From: a virus | Lineage: Duplodnaviria > Caudoviricetes | DNA length: 54,133 nt | IMG/VR virus record: IMGVR_UViG_3300010214_000002 | Coordinates: 1 to 54,133 of that record | Strand: one strand, 5' to 3' | Part shown: one piece after another, positions 25,544 through 35,354 of the stretch | Layout of the letters: each line of letters opens with the position of its first letter | Position numbering within the stretch: the first letter of the stretch is position 1 | Notes under the pieces: model-generated | Told to the model about the DNA's origin: nothing | The model's database searches: none | The model's input: the letters and a program-made list of their open reading frames with translations, nothing else | Translations under genes and position numbers: made by a program

Positions 25544-25806
25544 TGCGTATCAATGTCTATAGCCAAGAGCTGACCAACGAAGTCAACGTCATTAGCAAAG
25601 AGAGCAATACTGGGCTCGTCTACAGTGCCGTCCAGCTCATGCTGCATAGCTCGCCCAAGCTGCACCACCCACCCGAAGACGACGATCGTTCGGCTGTCAC
25701 CATCTGGCTCCCCAAGTCTGCGCATCGCCGCGAAGAGCTGGCTCAAACGCTGGAGCGCATGGCTGAAGAAGTCCGTAACGCCCCCACCGAGACCGGGCTG
25801 GACTAA
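25543..25806 (+). CDS. Hypothetical protein
   Basis: MRINVYSQELT...DDDRSAVTIW; last gene of the + arm. Confidence 0.7.
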   Translation: MRINVYSQELTNEVNVISKESNTGLVYSAVQLMLHSSPKLHHPPEDDDRSAVTIWLPKSAHRREELAQTLERMAEEVRNAPTETGLD

Positions 25807-25817
25807 GCCCACCCAAA

Positions 25818-25864
25818 GCAAAGGCCCGCCAGCCCAGAATTCCGGGCCGTGGCGGGCCTTTTGC
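25818..25864. terminator. Bidirectional terminator at the convergence of the two arms
   Basis: GCAAAGGCCCGCCA...TGGCGGGCCTTTTGC inverted repeat with A/T tails. Confidence 0.8.
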
Positions 25865-25882
25865 CGTGCGGCTGGGGCTACC

Positions 25883-26170
25883 CTAGCTGGCAGGTTTTTG
25901 CAGGCTGCTACAGCCCTTGGCAATAGCCTCGAGCTTTTTCTCGTAAGACCTGCTGCGTACCCAATCACGAGTCGTGGCAAGCATTACTTCCCCATCCGGC
26001 GTCTTGTCCAGATCTAACTTCTCGGTTTCGTACTTAGGCCGGGCCGGAACTTGACTCTTGTCAACGCATGGCACCTTGATCGGTACGGGCACCTCTACAG
26101 TAGTCTTCACCGGAGTGGTGGCACCGCACCCGGCGAGCACCAGCGCAGCAGCGCACAAAATGATCTTCAT
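25883..26170 (-). CDS. o-spanin (Rz1-like lipoprotein)
   Basis: Lipobox LAGC after a short signal; Pro-rich VEVPVPIKVPC; follows the i-spanin. Confidence 0.85.
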   Translation of the reverse strand: MKIILCAAALVLAGCGATTPVKTTVEVPVPIKVPCVDKSQVPARPKYETEKLDLDKTPDGEVMLATTRDWVRSRSYEKKLEAIAKGCSSLQKPAS

Positions 26171-26535
26171 TGACGTAGTTCCTTCAACGCGTTCCGGAGA
26201 TGGGGCATCGCATCCGTGCAGGTCGCAGCCTTCTGCGTCAGCAACCCTTGAAGAAGCGTGGTGTTCTTCCGGTCCTTCTCCGCACCTTGCAAAAGCAGCT
26301 TCTCAATTACGTCAGCTGCCTGCTCGCTGGACGCCTTCCACGAATTCACAGCAGCGGTCTGAACGCCAAGAGATACGCGCAGATTCGTATTCTCGTCGAC
26401 CAGCTCTTTGTTCGTGGTCTCGCAGTTCGCGAGCTTACCTTTGGCATCAACCACCGCCCAGCCGAGCATGACCCCGCCCACCAACAGGATCAACGCCAGC
26501 AGGGCCGACACCCCTTGCCATAGGTACTTGCTCAT
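26167..26535 (-). CDS. i-spanin (Rz-like)
   Basis: N-terminal TM plus coiled coil with a C-terminal Cys; follows the endolysin. Confidence 0.8.
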   Translation of the reverse strand: MSKYLWQGVSALLALILLVGGVMLGWAVVDAKGKLANCETTNKELVDENTNLRVSLGVQTAAVNSWKASSEQAADVIEKLLLQGAEKDRKNTTLLQGLLTQKAATCTDAMPHLRNALKELRQ

Positions 26536-27197
26536 ACGCTCAACACCTTTCGCGCCAGATCGTAAGTCTTCTTGCGCTCGGCAAAGCCGATAGCATCGCC
26601 AAAGGCTGCGGTCTTCCGGCCCTTGTTGACGATATCGCACACGCCATCAAAGTCGCCTTTGTCTGCGTAGGCAGAGAGGCCGTTGGCGTACCAATACCAA
26701 CCCGCAGGGTCTACGCCTCCTGCGGCTGTGCGGAGCTGGTCAGGGTTGCCCACAGCATCAATGCCCGTGGCATCCGCGTACGCCTGAAAGTTCGACTTGC
26801 CTGTGAGCTGTGGCACGCCTGCGCCGCGATAGCGCCAGCCGTCGCCGGACGCTTCCGGGCCGTTACCGTTGCGGTTGGCGTAGACGTTGTTCGCGATTGC
26901 TTGTGGGTTGCGGTTCAATCTGTTCGCCAGAGCGTTCGGTGGACCGCCACGCTTGCCGGTGGCGCTGTAGCGGTCCCACGTATTCGCGAGGCCCTGCGCG
27001 CTGTAGTTCAGGTTCTCTGCCATGCGGGTGAAGCCCCCGCACTCGTGTGTGAACACGCCAAGGAACGCAGCCACCTGAAGCGGCGTGCTAACGCCCCACT
27101 TTTCAAAGCACCTGTTCAGAGGCTCAACGAACGACGCAAGCGATGCCCGGGCCGTGGTTGGGACAATGGCTGCAAGCTGGTCGAGAGTGATATTCAT
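26532..27197 (-). CDS. Endolysin, glycoside hydrolase family 19
   Basis: AAFL...HECGGF...ENLNYS...GDGWRYRGAG..QLTGKSN...AGWYW. Confidence 0.92.
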   Translation of the reverse strand: MNITLDQLAAIVPTTARASLASFVEPLNRCFEKWGVSTPLQVAAFLGVFTHECGGFTRMAENLNYSAQGLANTWDRYSATGKRGGPPNALANRLNRNPQAIANNVYANRNGNGPEASGDGWRYRGAGVPQLTGKSNFQAYADATGIDAVGNPDQLRTAAGGVDPAGWYWYANGLSAYADKGDFDGVCDIVNKGRKTAAFGDAIGFAERKKTYDLARKVLSV

Positions 27198-27580
27198 TCG
27201 AGCTTACCTCGCATGTAGCGCCGCCCCTTACGTGTGCTCGCATTCATTCTGCAAGCAAACGCAATGGACGCGATCGATAGGTTGATGACCACGTCGCCTA
27301 GCATCATGTAGAACCAGACTTCGCTCGTTGTGAACTTGGGAGCAAACCACCAAGACACATATCCAAACGCCTTGCCGATGAGCGCAGTGCTGGCAAACGT
27401 CGAGACGATGCTATACCAGAACATGCCAAAGGCAAGGGCCTGAACCCCTATGCTTCCGGGTGTGCGGAACTCATAAGAGCGCCGATCGTAAATGAACAAG
27501 ATGAGGGCGGTGAATGCTACCCAGCCGGACAGCGCACGGGCCAACATCTCAATATAGCCACTGTGAACGTCAAGCATCAT
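27194..27580 (-). CDS. Membrane protein of the lysis cassette (holin/antiholin candidate)
   Basis: About three hydrophobic segments, basic C-terminus; directly upstream of the endolysin. Confidence 0.55.
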   Translation of the reverse strand: MMLDVHSGYIEMLARALSGWVAFTALILFIYDRRSYEFRTPGSIGVQALAFGMFWYSIVSTFASTALIGKAFGYVSWWFAPKFTTSEVWFYMMLGDVVINLSIASIAFACRMNASTRKGRRYMRGKLE

Positions 27581-27914
27581 TGCGATCTTCCTTGTTGGCC
27601 CAGCGGCGGATTACGTCTTTTATCCCACCGAGGAACGAATCCCACACGCCGTCAAAGCCGTTATCAATACCGTTGATCAACCGAACCGAAACCATACCCA
27701 AGATCAAGCACGTAACGTTGATAGCTTCAGGTCCGAACTTGTACGCTTGCATCAAACTGGCGGAGAAGGGCGCAAGAATGCCGCCACTGAAGATTGACAT
27801 CACGAAAGCGCGAAACGTGACGTCCTTCTTCACCAGCACCACCAAGAAGCCCCCCAGAGCTCCTATGATGATTTGCAGCAACCAATCATCGACAAAGTTC
27901 AAGACCCCTTGCAT
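27570..27914 (-). CDS. Putative holin
   Basis: Two to three TM segments, charged C-terminus; start of the lysis cassette. Confidence 0.65.
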   Translation of the reverse strand: MQGVLNFVDDWLLQIIIGALGGFLVVLVKKDVTFRAFVMSIFSGGILAPFSASLMQAYKFGPEAINVTCLILGMVSVRLINGIDNGFDGVWDSFLGGIKDVIRRWANKEDRNDA

Positions 27915-27943
27915 TATTTTGTCTACCTTTCCGGTATGTCGTC

Positions 27944-29266
27944 TTAGACTGCGCCGTTTGGCACCCGGTAGCCTTGAACGTAGCAGGTTGTGGCTCCGTT
28001 CGTTCCGTCAACGATCGTTACGTAGATTGCCGGAACCGGGCTATATGGGATCTCGTTAAGTGTGTTCTGGTCCCAACGAACTGCGGTGCTTGGTGTCGTT
28101 AGGCCAGATTGGATCATGCCAGTTCTGGCAAGCTCGACGCCAGCAGACGACTTGTAGATACTTGTCGTCTTAGACAGTGTTCCCGTAGTTGTGGATGCGG
28201 CGTGCTCTAGGTACGCGGTCCAAGATATTGCATTCGGTGGAACATACGCACCAAACAAGGCCGATAGCGCAACCATTGAGCCGGGCGGAACAAGCACGCC
28301 AGTTGACGCACCGCAAATTGGAGCAAGCGTCGGGGGGTAATTGACCCAACTTGCAGCGATTTCGCACGCCAACGCTACATTGTTCGTTGAGCCAACTCTA
28401 ACAGAGAAGAGGTAGACGTAGTCCGTGTAGTTCGCCAACAGAACAGGGGACACGGAGTTCGCACTGCCGATTACACCGCCGATCTGGCCGTTACCGTAGA
28501 TGTAGTAAACGTGAACCCACTGCGCATTAAAGTTCGCAGCTTGATCCCGGCCATTCAAACCTTGGGCCGACAGGTCTAGCGTGAACGTGGCCGCGATGGA
28601 CAGATAGCGAGTATCGCCAGCAACGTTCCGAAGGCGCGCAGCCCCAACTGTAATTGAAGACGTAGTTCCCGTCCCGGGGAAGTTAGCGGTCAAACCCTTC
28701 ACCATCGTAAAGGGGCCGACATCCTTCTTGTCGACGTATTGCTTGCTCGCCGGTTGCAGATTGGTGGACGGATCTGCAGATAGCGTGATTGGCCCGGTAA
28801 AAGTGCCGCCAGCCTTGGGCATAGCAGCGTTCGCCGTAGATTGCGCTGTGCCTGCGACCGTGACAGCATTAGCGGCTGCCGTCTGCGCCGAACCCGCCGT
28901 AGCTACGGCATTTGCAACATCTGCTTCAATGGCGCTGGTATCGGGCCACTTCACCCAATCAAGCGGGCTGGTAGCGGGCGGCGCGTTCTCGTTATCACGA
29001 ATAGCCTGCCACGTCTGGCCTGTGTTGTCCTGAATGATCCCGCCAGCTTGGTATGACTCGGCTGCATCCCAATCAGCAATGCCTTTCTGCATCCAGTAGC
29101 GGATTGCGTTCGTGATCCAGTTGAGTAGCCAATTGAAGCGCTGGCGGGTAGGCGGCGTATTGCTAAGAGGCCAACCCTCCTGAATCTCTGCGTTCGACGG
29201 GGCATCGCTGCGGTCGCCGCCCTCGGCCCACGCAGGTTGAACGGGAGGTTTGGTGTAGTTGGTCAT
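27944..29266 (-). CDS. Tail fibre / receptor-binding protein 3
   Basis: Shared N-terminal anchor (WAEGGD...GWP...PPTRQRFNW), [11 protein letters not shown]...ASKQYVD shaft motif, unique C-terminus. Confidence 0.8.
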   Translation of the reverse strand: MTNYTKPPVQPAWAEGGDRSDAPSNAEIQEGWPLSNTPPTRQRFNWLLNWITNAIRYWMQKGIADWDAAESYQAGGIIQDNTGQTWQAIRDNENAPPATSPLDWVKWPDTSAIEADVANAVATAGSAQTAAANAVTVAGTAQSTANAAMPKAGGTFTGPITLSADPSTNLQPASKQYVDKKDVGPFTMVKGLTANFPGTGTTSSITVGAARLRNVAGDTRYLSIAATFTLDLSAQGLNGRDQAANFNAQWVHVYYIYGNGQIGGVIGSANSVSPVLLANYTDYVYLFSVRVGSTNNVALACEIAASWVNYPPTLAPICGASTGVLVPPGSMVALSALFGAYVPPNAISWTAYLEHAASTTTGTLSKTTSIYKSSAGVELARTGMIQSGLTTPSTAVRWDQNTLNEIPYSPVPAIYVTIVDGTNGATTCYVQGYRVPNGAV

Positions 29267-29778
29267 TGGGGCTTAACGGGCCAGTTCGGGTTCTCGACAG
29301 TCAGGTCCACGCGGTTCACAAACACGCGATAGCGCTTCCACTCGGTGAGCAAAGCCTTCTCGGTGTCCGTTGCCATCTCCAGATCAACAGCGTCTTGCAG
29401 CGGTGCAATTGCACGCGTCGCGTCGTTTAGCAAGCGGTCTCGCATTGCCGTATTGGCCGCGACAATCTCCGCAGGTGTGGGCAAAGGCGGTTCAGGTTCA
29501 GGCTCCGGCACTGGGATATCGCGGTACTCCCATGTCAACGTGCTGGGCACATAGTAAATGTTCTTTCCGTCCTGCGGAGGGGGTGGAGGGAGCTCGACAG
29601 AGTACAACGGGTTTAGCCACATGTGCGGCCCGCCTTGCCGTTTGTCTTCCGGGCTCTCCCATGCAAGCACTTCGCCGATATAGCGCCAATCGTAATCGCA
29701 CTGATAGAAGACTTTGCTTTCCAGTACGAGCTCTTCCGCAGTCGTAGCTTCAGGCTGAATGATTTGTTGTTCGTCCAT
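29263..29778 (-). CDS. Tail fibre assembly chaperone (Tfa-like)
   Basis: [33 protein letters not shown]...RVD...WP.KP. Confidence 0.9.
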   Translation of the reverse strand: MDEQQIIQPEATTAEELVLESKVFYQCDYDWRYIGEVLAWESPEDKRQGGPHMWLNPLYSVELPPPPPQDGKNIYYVPSTLTWEYRDIPVPEPEPEPPLPTPAEIVAANTAMRDRLLNDATRAIAPLQDAVDLEMATDTEKALLTEWKRYRVFVNRVDLTVENPNWPVKPQ

Positions 29779-29781
29779 GGC

Positions 29782-31269
29782 TTAGTATTTGATAAGGATC
29801 TGTACTGCGTGGTTCTTTGGCCGCGTTTCGGTGCCGCCAGTAGAAGACGTTCCGTAGTTCACCCCTGCGCTATATGCCAGCGTCACAGCGGTTCCTGTCT
29901 GAGTGAACGAACCTGTTGGCGTGTAATTCGGAACCGTGTGGTTGTGGCTGATAAGATCATCGCCCTGTTGAACACCAAGTACGCGATTCAAATCAATACC
30001 GCGTGCCATATCCAGACCACGCAAGAACAAGCCACGCAGATCAGGGAGCTGGAACGTAGTGGAGCCATCGCCAACGCCCCACGGGCAAATACGATACGAA
30101 AGCCCGCTGCCGCCGCTACTTGTCGGCGAGGACAACGTGATCGTATTTGTTCCGGAGTTGACGGCTGAAATCGTAACGCCCGCCCCAATGCCCGGGCCGC
30201 TGATTGGCATGCCCACTTGTGCCCGACTAAACACTGCGGTCGGCACTGCGGTGATTGTATTCTGCCCCGAGGTATTGTTCCCACTTACGGCAATCGTGAT
30301 CTTGTTAAAGAGCGCAGAGTACGTTGTCCTGCTTACGCTTGCCCCCGCAGCTTGCAGGAACCCAGACTCCGGAGCGTCGTTGTGAAGCACCAGCTTCAAT
30401 GAGCCGACAAACAACGCGTTGATCCGTGCATCCACCGCGTCCAGCGTTGCGAGCATGTCCCCTACAGCCGTCGCAGGCTGTGTGATGCCGCGCCGAGTCT
30501 TGAATACGATTGCCTCGTACTTGTTATTCCCGTTGCTGCGCAAACAGATCGCTTCGCCGTAATACAGCAGCAGCGTCGATGCGTCATCCATGCCCAGTTG
30601 CCCAGTTACTACCGGGCCATAAGGGCTGATCTTATCTGTGCCGGTTGCTGCGATGCTTACAAGGCCAGATACGTCCGTGCAGCGGTTGGCAATCCAGAGA
30701 GTGCGACCGACCGGAATGCCGCTGGCAGCAGGCATCGTTGCAGTGCGCGTCACTGCTGCGTGTTCGAAGATCAACGCCCCGCCAAACATTGCGTTCGTAA
30801 CCGCAGTGTCAATCGTGGCACGCGCAGCAGTCGGAACGAACACGCCGTTACGGTTCACGAACTCGCTGTTCACGACCGTATTGTCGTTGTCCCAGATTGG
30901 AGGCGTTGGAACATTGTCAATGTTCGGGTCACTGGCAGAGTATCCCCAGCGCTCCCAGTCATCGGGGCTGTTCTCCGGATCCATATTCGTGTTGGCCCGC
31001 TTGGCTTGATACGTCTTGCCAGTATGCGGGTCGAGCACCTTGGCCCACTGCGGATAGTCTTCGGCAGCGTTCCATTGCGGGATGCCAAGTTGCATCCACG
31101 CGCGCACGCCGCGCGCAAGCCAGTTCTGCAACCAATTGAAGCGCTGGCGTGTCGGTGGCGTGTTCGTTAGGGGCCAGCCCTCTTGAACTTCAGCGTTGGT
31201 AGGGATGTCATTCTTATCCCCAGCCTCCGCCCATGCCGGAATGATCTCTGGCGTGTTGTACTGGGTCAT
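29782..31269 (-). CDS. Tail fibre protein 2 with tail-collar domain
   Basis: Shared N-terminal anchor; GASVSRTTYSALF...GDGSTTFQLPDLRGLFLRG...ETRPKN. Confidence 0.85.
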   Translation of the reverse strand: MTQYNTPEIIPAWAEAGDKNDIPTNAEVQEGWPLTNTPPTRQRFNWLQNWLARGVRAWMQLGIPQWNAAEDYPQWAKVLDPHTGKTYQAKRANTNMDPENSPDDWERWGYSASDPNIDNVPTPPIWDNDNTVVNSEFVNRNGVFVPTAARATIDTAVTNAMFGGALIFEHAAVTRTATMPAASGIPVGRTLWIANRCTDVSGLVSIAATGTDKISPYGPVVTGQLGMDDASTLLLYYGEAICLRSNGNNKYEAIVFKTRRGITQPATAVGDMLATLDAVDARINALFVGSLKLVLHNDAPESGFLQAAGASVSRTTYSALFNKITIAVSGNNTSGQNTITAVPTAVFSRAQVGMPISGPGIGAGVTISAVNSGTNTITLSSPTSSGGSGLSYRICPWGVGDGSTTFQLPDLRGLFLRGLDMARGIDLNRVLGVQQGDDLISHNHTVPNYTPTGSFTQTGTAVTLAYSAGVNYGTSSTGGTETRPKNHAVQILIKY

Positions 31270-32348
31270 AGCGTCACTCGCATGATCCAAGCCTTGGCAA
31301 AATACGGCGGACGGTTCTCGTGAACCTGCCCCGTACCGACGCTATTCGTAGTGAATGTATGTTGGTGAGAACCGCCAGCGTTCACGGTTACATTGTGAGA
31401 GTGCTGACCGTCCGCGTAAATTCCGTGGTTGTGGTCTCCGGACGAACCCGTATAAATCGGGTCGGTTGGGTTCTCGCCGATATCATCTTGCGGGCCACCA
31501 CCGCCATAGATCATCGAGTTGCGATAGATCCCGGAGAAGTGGTTGTGCGCCCCGGCCACAGTAGTAGCGCCGCCGTGGTTGTGGTATCCGGCAGCGTCTG
31601 TATAGCCGCTATGCCCGTGCGTACCGCCAGCGTCCACCGTACCGGAGTGAGTATGCGGCGGCAGGTTGTTCACACTCAGCGCAACCGAGTTCGCACCACC
31701 AGTTTCGTCAACGGCGTACTTGCCCGCGCCAGTTCCGCCTGCGCCTACGATAAACTTGCCGGTGAAGTCTGGCGTGCCGTTGTTACCATCGCACAACGCC
31801 CACTTCGCAGGGATCGTATCAATGCTGCCGTTCCAGACGAGGCAAACACCAACGGGCAAGATGCCAGTCAGTGCAGCCGCGATTGCGTCCGTAACAAACT
31901 TCGTGCTTGCTAGGGAGGTCGTCGCATCACCAGCCGGGCGTGTGATGCCGCGTGGGTTGCCTGTGAATACAGGGCTTGCCAGCGTGGCGAGCTTGTCTTG
32001 CTCCGCGTAGAACTCAGTGAGCGTGAAACCCCAGCGTTCCCACTTGCCAGTGTTGACGCTCGGCTCTTGGTTGGTGTTGTCGACGATCGCGCGATACGTC
32101 TTCCCATTCGGCGCACGTACGTGTGCACCAGTTGGGTAGTCTTCATCCGGAGCCCAATCGGCAACCGACTTCTGCATGAAGTAGCGCACGCCCTGCCATG
32201 CATAATTCAACGCGAAGTTGAACCGTTGACGGGAAGGGGGTGTGGAACTTACGGGCCAGCCCGCCAGCAGCTCGGCATTGCTCGGTTGAACCTTGTCGCC
32301 GCTTTGAGCCCATGTGGGCAATACAGCGGGCTTTGCATACTGGGTCAT
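31266..32348 (-). CDS. Tail fibre protein 1 with collar domain and HxH metal-binding repeats
   Basis: Shared N-terminal anchor; IPAKWALCDGNNGTPD; repeated GxHxH; HENRPPY. Confidence 0.85.
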   Translation of the reverse strand: MTQYAKPAVLPTWAQSGDKVQPSNAELLAGWPVSSTPPSRQRFNFALNYAWQGVRYFMQKSVADWAPDEDYPTGAHVRAPNGKTYRAIVDNTNQEPSVNTGKWERWGFTLTEFYAEQDKLATLASPVFTGNPRGITRPAGDATTSLASTKFVTDAIAAALTGILPVGVCLVWNGSIDTIPAKWALCDGNNGTPDFTGKFIVGAGGTGAGKYAVDETGGANSVALSVNNLPPHTHSGTVDAGGTHGHSGYTDAAGYHNHGGATTVAGAHNHFSGIYRNSMIYGGGGPQDDIGENPTDPIYTGSSGDHNHGIYADGQHSHNVTVNAGGSHQHTFTTNSVGTGQVHENRPPYFAKAWIMRVTL

Positions 32349-33116
32349 TTAGAATTTCTCCGCAAAGACGCCACCAACCGTAGGATCACCAACTTCACCG
32401 AACCCCTTGGCTCCGGGCTGACCAAGGAACCCGAAGTACCCGTTGCTGTCATAGTTGGTCTTAATATAAATCTGCACGCCTGCCGGACGCGGCAAGAGGT
32501 CGTATTGGCTGATCAGCTGCTTTTCGAGATAGGACAGCGGGCGGCCAATGCCAATGTTGATCTTCATGCCGCCCAGATCGTCTACAGCAATGTAGTTAGG
32601 CCCCGTCGGCACTTCACCGGGCTGCAACGGATGCGGGACTACAGGTGTACCCGGTACGTTGAACATGTAGACCAGCCCGGCAATGATGTCTTCGACGCTA
32701 CCCTTAGAGTGGTTCTTAACAATCTTGGCACGGATCAGCAGGCGGAACTCCGGGTCTCCAAGAACGGTAGTCGACGTGAACGGTTCACCCTCTTCGTAAA
32801 ACCGGCCACCGATATTAGCCACACCTTCTTCGCCGTAAGGCAGCGCCTCAGGCGTGTCTGTGAATCCGAAGAACGCCAGTTGCAGGCCGTCCGGTACAGA
32901 GCGGGTCACGCCGACAATGTCCCCGATGTTGTCGAGGTTTACGCCGGTTGCCGTTTCAATATCGACGATCCCGTACAGCTGAAAGAACGCGGCCTCTACG
33001 TCGTTGAACTGCTGCATTACGGCAGTAATAGCGGCCTCAAACTTGGGCCGCTCTTTGTACTGCATCGCAATGCGGGACAGCTCCTGCTTGACGTAGTCGA
33101 TGCGGTCCATGGTCAT
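32349..33116 (-). CDS. Baseplate wedge protein (DUF2612-like)
   Basis: QY...A.GVNLDNIGDIVGVTR...FRLLIRAKIVKN...LPRPAGV. Confidence 0.85.
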   Translation of the reverse strand: MTMDRIDYVKQELSRIAMQYKERPKFEAAITAVMQQFNDVEAAFFQLYGIVDIETATGVNLDNIGDIVGVTRSVPDGLQLAFFGFTDTPEALPYGEEGVANIGGRFYEEGEPFTSTTVLGDPEFRLLIRAKIVKNHSKGSVEDIIAGLVYMFNVPGTPVVPHPLQPGEVPTGPNYIAVDDLGGMKINIGIGRPLSYLEKQLISQYDLLPRPAGVQIYIKTNYDSNGYFGFLGQPGAKGFGEVGDPTVGGVFAEKF

Positions 33117-34264
33117 GTCTCGTTCACTACAATATGAGCCGGGTCGATGCTGATCAGTTGCTTGTACCCCGGGTTGATATTGCCTTCCGTGATTGGTGCT
33201 GGCGCTGTGCCCAGCAGGATGGACGTGATGAACTGGTTTGGCACCTTGTTCACCGGGTCATAGAGCCGCGAATTCAGAAGCGCCTGCCCGATGTCCAGCG
33301 TCAGCCCGTACGCCGCAAGGTTGTTCTTGATCTGCGTTGCGCCATCCACAGGGTAGCCGGGCAGCTTGGTTACGTTCACAACGATGTACGCGGGCAGGTC
33401 TGTCGGACGGTCGAACCGCATTGTTTGAATGTGGCCCTGCGAGTCGACGATATCTTGCGCCACTGCGCCCAGCATGGTTACACCCGCCGAGCGCTTGATG
33501 TACAGCGTCAATGCAATCGCGCCAATGTCCCCGCCGCTCACTACAGCGTTCAGGCTGTGCGGGGCTTGGCCGTTTGCGTCCGGGTCATCCGTCTCGTTTT
33601 CGTAGACCTTTGCCAGCCGCACGTTCGGTAGGTTCAGCAGCGCGCCATAGATCCCGTCAACAATGCCTTGCGACGCGGTGGCCGTGGATTGCTTACGCCG
33701 CTGGCGCAGCTCTTCGTCGGTTTCTTCCGCGCGCCCCGGCACGGCTGCGGCTGCGTTGGTTACGCTCTGCCAGCCGTATAGGGGTGTCTCGATCTTCGTG
33801 AGCGTGTTGGCAGGCGCAAATGTTGCGCCAAACGTCAACGCTCGGCAGCTCACCAGCGCAGTCCCTGCGGACGGGATCGTAACGTCACCCGTGGTAGTCC
33901 AGAGTGAGTTATCGTACGTGCTACGGATCAACTGGCCTGCTTCAATGACCGTGCCAACCACGCCGCCCACAGTCAAGTCTGCGGTCGAGTATGCACCGGC
34001 AATGCGGCGAATGGAGTTCAACTGAACAAGCCGGGACAACGCAGCGCCAACAGCATCGTTCGGGCTGAACGAGTTGTAGACATCTTCGGCAAGCTGGTCA
34101 ACGTCGCTAATGGCCTCACCGATCAACGACAGGAATTCACCGTCGAGGTCGTCCGGGTCCAGCGAGATGTCCTGACCAAAGATCAGGCGGTATGCGTCAA
34201 ATAGCTGCTGTACCCGTTCATCAAGGCGGGTGCGATCAAAGCCCTGTGCGGTAACTTGGGTCAT
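33113..34264 (-). CDS. Baseplate J-like wedge protein
   Basis: A.G.AL..L...R...GRAEETDEELRQR...VYEN.T...PHS...V.GG. Confidence 0.9.
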   Translation of the reverse strand: MTQVTAQGFDRTRLDERVQQLFDAYRLIFGQDISLDPDDLDGEFLSLIGEAISDVDQLAEDVYNSFSPNDAVGAALSRLVQLNSIRRIAGAYSTADLTVGGVVGTVIEAGQLIRSTYDNSLWTTTGDVTIPSAGTALVSCRALTFGATFAPANTLTKIETPLYGWQSVTNAAAAVPGRAEETDEELRQRRKQSTATASQGIVDGIYGALLNLPNVRLAKVYENETDDPDANGQAPHSLNAVVSGGDIGAIALTLYIKRSAGVTMLGAVAQDIVDSQGHIQTMRFDRPTDLPAYIVVNVTKLPGYPVDGATQIKNNLAAYGLTLDIGQALLNSRLYDPVNKVPNQFITSILLGTAPAPITEGNINPGYKQLISIDPAHIVVNET

Positions 34265-34617
34265 AGACGAACCTTGATGTTTTCAGTTGTGCCGAAGATG
34301 GTAGCAACCGTTGTTTCGATCTCCAGCCTGCGGTTTTGCAGTAGCGTCTGCTGGTAAGTCAAAATCGAGTCAACCCCTTCGGTCTCCAAAATGGTCTGCT
34401 TGATGATGGCTTCCGTAAGTTGCAGCGGCGCGGGCTTGATGCCTGCAATCTGCTGGCGGTACGGCACGCCCGCGTCAGTATCCAGAAACCATTCACCGCG
34501 CAGCAGTTGAAGGCGCGTCATAACCTTCTGGGCGGTTGCCTCTTGCGTCTGCGCAAAGTTGGCCTGCCCATAGCCGAAAGTCATGTCGCCGTTGGCGTCC
34601 AGCCGACGTACTCGCAT
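34261..34617 (-). CDS. Baseplate wedge initiator (gpW/gp46-like)
   Basis: RRLDANGDMTFG...RLQLLRGEWFLDTDAGVPY. Confidence 0.85.
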   Translation of the reverse strand: MRVRRLDANGDMTFGYGQANFAQTQEATAQKVMTRLQLLRGEWFLDTDAGVPYRQQIAGIKPAPLQLTEAIIKQTILETEGVDSILTYQQTLLQNRRLEIETTVATIFGTTENIKVRL

Positions 34618-35354
34618 TAGACCGGGCCTCCTGTGTTTGCGCCGCCGTTGCCGTTGCTGTGAATGTGCGTGGACCCAATGTTCTTCCCATTGTGCGTGAG
34701 CGTGCCACCGCTGAATGCAATGTTGCCGTTAATGGTGAAGGACTGCCCAACGCCACCTGATCCAGTCATGCCTGCGGTGTACGTGACAAGCCCTTCAAAG
34801 CGCGACGTGTCCTCCGCGATAACTGGGCATTTAATAGTGAGCTTCGAACCATCAATCTCCACTTCACCGCTGGAATTGATTTGAACATATGCAGTCCCCT
34901 CACGGTTGCGCATCTGCACGGCGTCTGCTTTGAAGTTGGGGATGCTTCTTGTTAGGTTGCTCACCCCGGGAATGCAGAAGCCGTCAGACAAATCGTGCAA
35001 GCGGAAGACTGCTGGCGGTTGGGTGCCGCCCTCAACATACCAACGGTCGATGGCGCGCTCAAAGAAGCCCAGCACAACCTCATCGCCCTCTTGAAGAGGG
35101 AAGGTAAAGCAGAACCCGCCACCCTGTGGGAAAGCCACCGGGCAGTCCACGCACAGCGGAAGATCCAATGGGCCTTGCTGCGTAAAGATCCGCTTGATTG
35201 CAGGGCGCACGCGAGCGCTTTGCTTTACCGCATCGAACGATTCAATAATGCCGGGCAGCGCAGTATGAACGTTCTTCAGCGCCGTGAGAACGGTTTCATT
35301 TACAGCATCGTTCGAGCTACCAGTGAGCTCCTGAATGTCGCGTTCGTCTGCCAT
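34617..35354 (-). CDS. Baseplate central spike (Gp138-like)
   Basis: TALPGII...FP..GG...FP...GDE...F.ER.ID...RLHDLSDG; C-terminal HxH apex. Confidence 0.88.
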   Translation of the reverse strand: MADERDIQELTGSSNDAVNETVLTALKNVHTALPGIIESFDAVKQSARVRPAIKRIFTQQGPLDLPLCVDCPVAFPQGGGFCFTFPLQEGDEVVLGFFERAIDRWYVEGGTQPPAVFRLHDLSDGFCIPGVSNLTRSIPNFKADAVQMRNREGTAYVQINSSGEVEIDGSKLTIKCPVIAEDTSRFEGLVTYTAGMTGSGGVGQSFTINGNIAFSGGTLTHNGKNIGSTHIHSNGNGGANTGGPV

